From Octopus vulgaris (Eukaryota), in NCBI GenBank assembly GCA_951406725.2, contig OX597834.1:22010001-22074000 (forward strand): a stretch of 64,000 nt of DNA, written 5' to 3'. The translations under genes were made by a program, and so were the position numbers. This document shows positions 53,449-64,000 of this stretch, in pieces (within the stretch, counting starts at the first letter, position 1; each line of letters starts with the position of its first letter). The notes beneath the pieces were generated by a model that had not been told where the DNA came from, did not search any database, and was given only the letters and a program-made list of their open reading frames with translations.

Positions 53449-56053
53449 GCAGTTACTGTCTATATCTCTTTTAGAGAATTATTATTGCTATATATATATA
53501 TATATACATATACACGTATGTTTTAGTATATGTGTGAGTAAATATATATTCATGTCTTTGTGAGCATATATATGTGTGTGTGAGCATATATATGTGTGTG
53601 TGTGTAGACATACACGCATACATGCATACATATACGGCACCGTGTGTATGTGTATTGTGTCTGCGACTATGAATGTATGTATAACAGCAAAACTAAACTC
53701 CTTGTGATGTTTACTCCCTCAGGGGAGATAACTACTCTAAAAGGGGACGTAACTCAATTTAAGCACGGCTGTTTGATATGCAGTTAGCCATAGAATGAAA
53801 ATCAAATTCAGCATCGAAATCAAGACTGCTGCTACAGCATGGCCGCCTTTCCTGACTCCAATGACATGAACAATGATATAATGATAATAGTTCTTTCTAC
53901 TATAAGCACCAGGCCTGACATTTTAGGGGAAGGGGAGCGTCAACTACATAGGCCCTAGTACACAGCTGGTACTTACAAAGAAGGCATTGCGATTTTAGGG
54001 TAAGGACAGCTATTTTGAGGGGTGGGGTTTTGGCTGTACCATCAACTAAAGTCCATACACACACACACACACAAACTACACCTGATTATATATACACTTT
54101 AGATGAGTTGTAGTGCACCTGAGCACTGTACACAATTATTATTATTATTATTATTATTATTTTAAATAACTGGTACCTTGTTTATCAAGTCCAATAGGAT
54201 GAAAGATTTTTATGTTCCATGTTCTAATGAAACCAAAATGCCTTTTACCTTTAATTCTTTTGGCTCAGGGACTGATAGAATAAAGGACCAGTCAAGTAAT
54301 AGGGGGTCGGTCTCTGCAACTAATATTGCTGGTCTTACCCATACTAGTATGGAAAGCGGACGTTAAACGATGATGATGATGATGATAATATATATATATA
54401 TATATATTTATATATATCTATATATATATATATATATATATTCATATATCTATGTACATATACATATATATATATATATATATATGCATATATTTATGTA
54501 TCTATGTGCATACATATATGCATGTATGTATGTATTTACGTATATATGTACATAGATATACATATATCTATGTATATATGAACATATATACATATATGTA
54601 TAAATGTACATATATATATACATATATATGTATGTACATATATATATATATATATATATGTATCTATATGTGTGTGTGTGTATGTACATACATATATATA
54701 TACACACACACACAGATCAATAAATACATACATACACATACGTGCATAAATACATACATACACACACGCACGCACGCACACACACACACACACACACACA
54801 TACATACATATATATTCACGCACACACACACATACGCACCACATTCTCAAGTACACTCGTTTTCTTCATCGAACCAACGTTGTTCACTTTGTTGGTTGTT
54901 TTTTATTTCATTGTTCTGAAAGGGATGAAAGGGAACACAACCCCTCAGAACTGAGAATGATTCCAGCGAATATTATAAAGTATTTGGTCTGCTTCATGAG
55001 CAATTCTGCCATCAATCCATCATCCAGGTCAGGAGGTATGAGTGAGTGTGGATGTGTGGGTGTAGATACATACACAAGACTGATAGATGATAGACAGACA
55101 GGCTGGTAGACACATACATACATAGACAGATATATATATACATACATACATACATACATACATACATACATACATACATACATACATACACACATACATA
55201 CATACACATATACATACACACATACATCCATACATACATACATATATACATACATAGACAGACAGACATACAGATTGATATATACATACACACACACATA
55301 GACACATACATCCATACATACATAGACACATACATCCATACATACATAGACACATACATACATACACACATACATAGACACATACATCCATACATACATA
55401 CATATATACATACATAGACAGACAGACATACAGATTGATATATACATACACACACACATAGACACATACATCCATACATACATAGACACATACATACATA
55501 CACACATACATAGACACATACATCCATACATACATATATACATACATATATACATACATAGACAGACAGACATACAGATAGATATATACATACACACATA
55601 CACATACATCCATCCATACATAGACACATACATACATACACACATACATACACACATACATCCATACATACATATATACATACATAGACAGACAGACATA
55701 CAGATAGATAGATTGATAGGTAAATATAGCCATATATTCTGTATGTGTGTATGTGTGTGGGAGGGGCGAGTGGGGGTGTGGAGAGTGAAGGAGAGTAATA
55801 ATCAAAAGGTAAAAAAAAAATAGCAATCCTGAAAATAATATGAAGGTAAAAACAATTTTTTTCTTTATTCAAAATAGATGATATCAAACAGGTGGCATAT
55901 GAGCTTACAGTTTCAGGTTAATTAATATTGATGAGTTAGTGGTTAATATTTATAAATTATTAATTAGTTGTTTTGTTTCTTTTTTTTTGTTTTTTTTTCA
56001 CCAGGGGGGTTCTCAGTTAGAAAGAAACGGTGACAGTCAGACTCGCAGCATTA

Positions 56054-56086
<33 letters not shown>

Positions 56087-56184
56087 ATGGGTGTGTGTGA
56101 GAGAGAGAGAGAGTGCATAGATAGTTTAATCAATAAATAAGTGTAGGTATAGTTGTGTGTATGCTTGTGCATGTATTTATAATA

Positions 56185-56229
<45 letters not shown>

Positions 56230-56421
56230 ATGTATGTATGTCTGTGTGCGTGTTTGTATAATATTTGTATATATGTCTGTGTTTGTGTGTATATATATAT
56301 ATGTATATTTATATATGTGTGTATTTGTGTGTATATATATATGTGTGTGTGTGTGTGTTTGTGTATATGTATATACATATATATATGTATATGTATGTAT
56401 ATATATATGTGTGTGTGTGTG

Positions 56422-56465
<44 letters not shown>

Positions 56466-56873
56466 CGTGTGTGTGTGTGTGTGTATATACATAGACATTT
56501 GACATGCATAATTGCCCCCACCCCACCCACCCAAAAAGAAAGACATGCATGGAACTGAACAACGCAAGCACGGAAGGAAATACGATAGAAAACCACAATA
56601 CTCCAAAGACAGAGACGTCCCCTGCTCCCCCATGAATCAACCACGTAACACCCTACACCACCACATAACCCTTCCTGCTAAGGACAAGTACCCTTTTCCA
56701 GCTGTGCCTTCTCTGACCTGTGGATGCATGCTGAGTACAGGTGGACCCATTCATGCATGCTATAGCTGCCACTCACGCTGACCTTCTAATAAATAGTGTT
56801 GTACCTCCCTCTACTGTTACTCTAAGTGGTACTCAAAGAAACTGATGAGGGATTAGGGCCCCAAAGTTTACAA

Positions 56874-57272
56874 TAGGCGCAGGAGTGGCTGTGTGGTAAG
56901 TAGCTTGCTAACCAACCACATGGTTCCGGGTTCAGTCCCACTGCGTGGTATCTTGGGTAAGTGTCTTCTGCTATATCCCCGGGCCGACCAATGCCTTGTG
57001 AGTGGATTTGGTAGACGGAAACTGAAAGAAGCCTGTTGTATATATGTATATATATATGTATGTGTATGTGTTTGTGTGTCTGTGTTTGTCCCCCTAGCAT
57101 TGCTTGACAACCGATGCTGGTGTGTTTACGTCCCCCGTCACTTAGCGGTTCGGCAAAAGAGACTGATAGAATAAGTACTGGGCTTAGAAAGAATAAGTCC
57201 CGGGGTCGATTTGCTCGACTAAAGATGGTGCTCCAGCATGGCCGCAGTCAAATGACTGAAACAAGTAAACGA
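56874..57272 (+). mobile_element. SINE family A, full length
   Basis: Same head and tail. Partial copies also near 5885-6045, 11000-11305, 24045-24680, 25688-25855, 26610-26760, 36515-36690, 51950-52140. Confidence 0.85.
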
Positions 57273-57668
57273 GAGATTAAAGAGAGAGAATAGGGGTCAT
57301 CATCAAGTCTTTTGGTTTCATTTACTTCACTCTCTCTTTTATTTTTTTACTTGTTTTAATGATTAGACTGTGCCCATGCTGGAGTACTGCATTTGAGGAT
57401 TTTAGTTTAAAAAAAAAAGTCTGGTAGTTATTCGATCAGTCTCTTTTGCCAAACTGCTAAGCTACAGGAATGTAAACATACCAACACCAGTTGTCAAGCT
57501 GTGGTGGATGAGGATTGTCAAGCAATTTTGGGAGAAGAGTTTAGTCGATTACATCAACCCCAGTATTCAACTGGTACTTTTTTTATTGACCTAGAAAGGA
57601 TGAAATGCAATGTCAACCCCAGCAGAATTTGAACTCAGAATGTAAAATCAGACAAAATACTGCTAACC

Positions 57669-57716
<48 letters not shown>

Positions 57717-58408
57717 GCAATAATAATAATCCTGTCTACTAAAGGTACAAGGCCTGAAATTTTGTGGGAGGGAATTAGTCAATTACATCAACCCCAGTGT
57801 TCAACTGGTACTTTTTTTATCGGCCCAGAAAGAATGAAATGTAAAATCGACCGTGGCAGAATTTGAACCCAGAACATAAAGTCAGAAGAAACACCACTAA
57901 AACACTTTTTCCAGTGTGGAAACAACATCAAAGTTTTCCTATCCCAGAAAAGAAGAAAAAAAACAAATAATAATTTGGAGTCAACAAGGAAGCCTCTATG
58001 CAATCACTTGATCTGCTAGAAAGAACAGTCGTGTCTTCTTTAAATTAATATATTAAAGTATTAAGAAAGAGGATATGATATGATATGATATAGAAGGGAT
58101 TGGACATCCTAATCCTAACTCCAGCAAAACAACAACAACACAAACACTACCCACAAAAAATAACAAATCATAATATTCTTAGTCTGTTTTTATAATCGTT
58201 TTTCTGGGGTTTTTTTATTTTTGAAGAATTTCTTTTTAATCTTTTTTCAATTTTCCAAGAATTCCTGAAAGGTTCTTAAATAACATCTCTCTTTCTCTCT
58301 CTCCTGTCACCCTGTCTCATCACTCTTCTTCTCTCATCTCACTCTCTCTGTCTGTCTGTCTCTCTCTCTCTCATCACTCTCCTTCTCTCATCTCCCTCTC
58401 TCTGTCTG

Positions 58409-58444
<36 letters not shown>

Positions 58445-58674
58445 TCATGTCTCTCCCTATCTCGTCATCTCATTCTCTCATCTCTCCTTCTTTCATTTCT
58501 CTTCCCCCCTCTCTCTCTCTCTCCTCTCAACTCCCCCCTACACTCACACTCAACATACTTTCTATGATTGACAAGTTAAAAATCAATACAAATGTGTATC
58601 AGGGATTTTCCTTTATTTTCAATTATTGATTCATAAAGTTGTCACTCTCTCCCTCCTCCTCCATCCCTTCCCAC

Positions 58675-58708
<34 letters not shown>

Positions 58709-58834
58709 GTATTATTGTTGCTATTATTGTTATTCTAGTCGTAGTATTTCTCACTATGTTTGCGTTAAGGTTAGGGTTAAGATTATTAAAACCATAGTTA
58801 AAATTGCAGTTTAGATCATGTTCATGTTGTGCTT

Positions 58835-59597
58835 GTAGTTGTGGTTATGTTTGTGCTGTGGGTGTGACTGCAGTTCAGGCTGTGGCTGTGGTTATGGTTA
58901 TATTTGTGTTGTGGTTGTGACTGCAGTTCAGGCTGTATGGCTGTGGTTATGGTTATATTTGTGTTGTGGTTGTGACTGCAGTTCAGGTTGTGGCTGTAGT
59001 TGTGGTTACGTTTGTGTTGTGGTTGTGAGTGCAGTTCAGGCTGTGACTGTATGGCTGTAATTGTGGTTATGTGTGTGTTGTAGTTGTGACTGCAGTTCAG
59101 ACTGTGGCTGTAGTTGTGGTTACGTTTGTGTTGTAGATGTGACTGCAGTTCAGGCTGTGGCTGCAGTTGTGATTATGTTTGTGTTGTGGCTGTGACTGCA
59201 GTTCAGGTTATTGTTGTGACTGCAGTTCAGGCTGTGGCTGTGGTTATGTTTGTGTTGTGGTTGTGACTGCAGTTCACACTGTGGCTGTGGTTGTGGTTGT
59301 GTTGTGGTTGTGTCTCCAGTTCAGGCTGTGGCTGTATGGCTGTAATTGTGGTTATGTGTGTGTTGTGGTTGTGACTGCAGTGCAGGCTGTGGCTGTAGCT
59401 GTGGTTATGTTTGTGTTGTGGTTGTGACTGCAGTTCAGGCTGTGGCTGTAGTTGTGGTTATGTGTGTGTAGTGGTTGTGACTGCAGTTCAGGCTGTGGCT
59501 GTATGGCTGCAGTTGTGGTTATGTTTGTGTTGTGGTTGTGAGTGCAGTTCAGGCTGTGGCTGTAGTTGTGGTTATGTTTGTGTTGTGACTGCATTTA
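58835..59597. repeat. GT-rich minisatellite, about 14 units mostly 53-61 bp, with core gtgactgcagttcaggctgtggctgt
   Basis: Core starts at 58864, 58917, 58972, 59025, 59086 and onward. Confidence 0.9.
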
Positions 59598-59769
59598 CAG
59601 TAGACTATGATAATGGTTGTGATTGCAGTCAAGGATTTTTTGTTGTACAGCAGTCACTGGTTATTTGGTGTATTTATAGTTGTGTGATAGCTGTAATAGT
59701 AGTAGCAGCAGCAGCTATTTGGTTGTAGTTGTATAGTGGTACTTACAGAGTAGTAGATATAATTGTGTG

Positions 59770-60370
59770 GAAGTTTGAGTGGTAGTACTTGTTGTGTGGT
59801 AGTGGTTATAGTTTGTATGGTAGTACATTATGTGCTGGTGACCATAGTTCGCGTGGTAGTATTTATCATCGTGTGGTAGTAGCTAAAGTTTGTGTTGTAG
59901 TATTTGTTGTTCTGTGGTAGTGGTTATGGTTTGTGTGGTTGTACATTGTATCCTGGTGACTATAGTTTGTGTGGTAGCACTTAACATTGTGTGCTAGTGG
60001 CTAAAGTTTGTGTAGTAGTACTTATGTGTTAGTGACTATAGTTTGGGTGGTAGTACTTACCATTGTGTACTGCTGGTTACAGTTTGTGTGGTAGTGCTTA
60101 TGTGTTAGTGACTATAGTTTGGGTGGTAGTACTTACCATTGTGCACTGCTGGTTACTGTTTGTGTCATAGTACTTATCATTGTATGCTAGTAGCTATAGT
60201 TTGGGTGATAGTACTTACCATTGTGTACTGCTGGTTACAGTGTGTGTGGTAGTACTTATGTGTTAGTGACTATAGTTTGGGTGGTAGTACTTACCATTGT
60301 GTACTGCTGGTTACAGTTTGTGTGGTAGTACTTATGTGTTAGTGACTATAGTTTGGGTGGTAGTAGCTAC
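59770..60370. repeat. Minisatellite with 76-bp higher-order unit (35+41 bp subunits starting gtagtactta)
   Basis: Subunit starts at 60015, 60050, 60091, 60126. Confidence 0.85.
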
Positions 60371-61077
60371 AATTTGCAGCAGATTCAAATGTTGCAGTAG
60401 TAATGGTGGTGTTGGTGGTGGTGGTGGTAGCCGTGTGACCATGGCTAGTTGTAGTTAACAATTGTCGGTACAGTTGTATGGCTGTTGTTGTATGACAGCA
60501 GCAGCAGCAGCGGCCGCTGTTGTGTTGCTACAGCGGTATGGCTGTGGTGTGGTGGTACTTGATACATTACCAGAATGCTATACTAGTAGTAGCACGCTAG
60601 CTAGCTCCTCGTGCACTGTGATGAATGCTGAAGCAAAAATGCAGCCTGTTTGCTTCGCTTGTTGCATGCACACAACAGCAGCAGCAACAGCAACAACAGC
60701 AGCAGCAACAGCAACAACAGCAACAACACTGTTCTTCACTGAAGCAGCTGGAGCAAAGATGGTAGCGCCTCTTTATCAATCATAGATTGATAATCTGCAC
60801 ACAACCTGACCATTAACATCGCACACTACCTAACTTGCTAGCTATCCATCAATCCATCTATCTATCTGTCTATCTATCTGTCTGTCTATCCAGCTGCCAG
60901 TCTATCTGTCTATCGATATCCATCTGTTAGTCAATCTATCTGTCTATCTGTCTGTCTATCTATCCATCTGTCACTCCATCTATCTGCTTTCTATCTATCT
61001 ATCTATCTATCTATTTATATATCCAGCTGAAACTCTATTAGGCTGTTTGTCTATCTATAAATCTATCTATCCAGCTA

Positions 61078-61198
<121 letters not shown>

Positions 61199-62780
61199 GT
61201 CTATCTATCTATCTATCTGTCTGTCTATTTATCTGTCTATCTATCTATCTATCTGTCTGTCTATTTATCTGTCTATCTATCTATCTATCTGTCTATCTAT
61301 CTATCTATCTATCTGTCTATCTATCTATATATATATATATCTGTATCTATCTTTTCGTCTATCTCTCTATTTGTCTATCCATCTGTCTATCTCTGATTTT
61401 CTTCCTCTCTCTCTCTCTTGCTGTGCACCTCTCTTGCTCTCTCTCTCTCTCTCCCTCTCTTTCTTTAATTCTTTCTCTTCTTCCACAACATCTTCCGTCA
61501 CATGCACGCGTGCACACACACACACACACAGACACACACACACACACACACACTCTTATCGGATCAACTCTCTTCGACATGTTGAAGTCGACTGTGGAAA
61601 TTTTAACATAGTGTCTCTGTCACAGTTCCCGTCGTTTGGTCATTGCATCTTTGAATGACACCAACACCGTCGATGACAACGCCGACGCTGACGATGACGC
61701 TAACGAGGATGACGACGACGATGATGATGATGATGATGTCGTTGTTGTTGTTGCTTGTCTCGAAGGTGGTGGGAGATGGTAGTGTTGGAGCTTATTGAAA
61801 CCCCCCTATTCGGAAAGCTGTGTATGGATAACACTTTGGAAATAACAAGGAACCAGGAATGGAGAGGCAGCAACGCGAAGCCATGTAGTAGAACCTGATT
61901 CACAAACATCAATTCCTCTCTCTCTCTCTCTCTCTCTCTCCTATTGGGCTTTGATTCTCTCTTTCTCTCTCTTGTCTGTCTTTCATTCTGTCTCTCTCAC
62001 TTTGTTTATCTCTCTCTCTGTATTTATCTCTTATTCTCTCTCTCTCTCTCACTTTATCTTTTATTCTATCTTTCTCTCTTTCGCTCTCCATCCATAATAA
62101 TGGATACTGGAGGTATCGATAAATAGGCAGTAAATTGCAAATAGAAAGGGGTTGTTTTTTTTTTCCATTTTCCAGGCAAAAAACAAAAAATAAAAAATTT
62201 TTTTTTAAGAAGTGACAAAAAGAAAAAAAAAGAACAAAAAAAAACAAAAGCAATAGAGAAGGCGGAAAAGAAAAAAAAAAAGATCCTTCGAAAATATATA
62301 CCGGAACAACTGTAGTGGAACGGTAAAGAAGAGAAGAAAAGAATGAATGTTTGCGAAGCACATTGAATTCTTAAATAGTCTTCCACAAAGAATATCCAGT
62401 TAAAGTTGCAACATTGAAATCATGGAAGCTTCAGATCCAAAGTAATTTTTCTTGGCGACAGCGAAGAAAAAAAAGAAAAAAAAAGGAAAAACACAAAAAG
62501 GAAAAACAAAAAAAAAATGCAAGGAAAAAGAAGAGAAATGGATTAGTTCTTTGGGGCTCTTTTTTTGTCCTTTTTCCTGTAAAACTATTGTCCCAAGACA
62601 GTAATATTTTTTTTTTCAATTTTTTTCGGTTTTTCGCTGTGCTTTTTGTTCTTTGGATAATTTTTCCGACTCTGCTATCATCATCATCATCATCTTCATC
62701 ATCGTCGTCATGACAATCACTACAAGAACGACTACAGCTGCTACAATGACAACAACAACAACAACAACAACAGCAACAAT

Positions 62781-62819
<39 letters not shown>

Positions 62820-62930
62820 GGTCACAGTCGCTGCCGCCGTCAGCAGTAACAACAACAGCAGCAACAGCATTGTCAGCATCTCGATGATTGGCATCGTCAG
62901 AGCATCATCATCATCACCGTCATCATCATC

Positions 62931-62974
62931 ATGTTTGTAGACTGTTTAACCGCTGCGACCGTCAGCAGCAACAA
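62931..62974 (+). CDS. Candidate coding end of a downstream alternative first exon (MFVDCLTAATVSSN+)
   Basis: ATG at 62931, 14 codons plus 2 nt, then CAA|GTAAGA donor. Phase 2 matches the intron opened at 18522. Preceded by 5'UTR-like, relatively CpG-rich sequence from about 61560. Confidence 0.35.
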
Positions 62975-63138
62975 GTAAGATGTGGAAAGGATCACGGCTA
63001 CTTCGTGCATCAACGAGAGTTATCTATTGCAACTAAATAATTTATGTTGTGATATTTCAGATATTTATCACATATTCTACACGCATACACACTCATATAC
63101 AAGCACACTTATACACACGCACACACATACCTACATAC

Positions 63139-63183
<45 letters not shown>

Positions 63184-63907
63184 GACTGACACATACATAT
63201 GTTTATATACATACACTAAGACTGACACACACACACACACACACACAGACACTCACATATATCTATATTTATATATACATATATATATATATATACATGC
63301 ACACATACACACACACATATATACACACACACACATACATACACATTTATATACACAAAGACTAACACACACACAGACACTCACATATATCTATATTTAT
63401 ATATACATATATATATATACACGCACACATACACACACACACATATATATATACACACACACATACACACATTTATATACACAAAGACTAACACACACAT
63501 ATATCATATCGTCAGCTGGATACTTACCACACACACAAATCCTACACACACATACACACCTACTGTACACCATACTACATACACACTTCCCTTGATATAC
63601 ACATCCAAACACATATCCCACCCCACCAATAAACACACACATACACTCAAATATATATATATATATATATACATACATACATACGTCATAGCATTTGCTT
63701 GCTGGATTCCCTCTCTCTCTTTCTCTCTCTTTCTCTCTCTCTCCACACACACAAGTATATACACACACACACACACACATAAATAAATGATCTTCATATT
63801 GGCTGGATTCTCTACCCCACCACTCTACATATACACACACAAACCCCTCCTTCCTCTCTCTCTTTCTCTCTCTCTCTCTTTCTCTCTCTCTCTCCACATA
63901 CACAAGT

Positions 63908-63938
<31 letters not shown>

Positions 63939-64000
63939 CACATACATAAATGATCATCATATTGACTGGATTCTCTATACCACCACTCTACATATACATA

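Noticed and set aside
58839-59728. Cys/Gly-rich ORFs (CCGCDCSSGCGC) resembling metallothionein or keratin-associated proteins
   Set aside because: They are translations of a GT-rich minisatellite whose unit lengths (53, 55, 61) are not multiples of 3, so the frame shifts constantly.
58835-60370. CRISPR-like repeat/spacer appearance
   Set aside because: The linkers are homologous to each other rather than unique spacers, the context is eukaryotic, and no cas genes are present.

Overview
AT-rich, microsatellite-saturated eukaryotic DNA. The SINE/LINE repertoire and simple-repeat load look like an octopus (coleoid cephalopod) genome; this is recognition, not a database result. The window appears to lie inside one large + strand gene, a neuron navigator (NAV/unc-53/sickie) homolog. 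One clear 2344-nt internal exon (16178-18521) is present, plus several short phase-compatible candidate alternative exons read directly from the sequence (7539-7662, 24738-24792, 62931-62974). The rest is intron filled with tRNA-derived SINEs, RTE and Dong/R4-like LINE remnants, Penelope-like fragments, a Helitron, a Tc1/mariner remnant, MITEs and minisatellites. The most striking non-coding structure is a perfect 223-bp-arm palindrome at 52582-53032. It carries a complete type I hammerhead ribozyme fold on each strand and sits between (TA)n tracts. Nearly all ORFs in the supplied track except 16123-18525 are simple-repeat artefacts.
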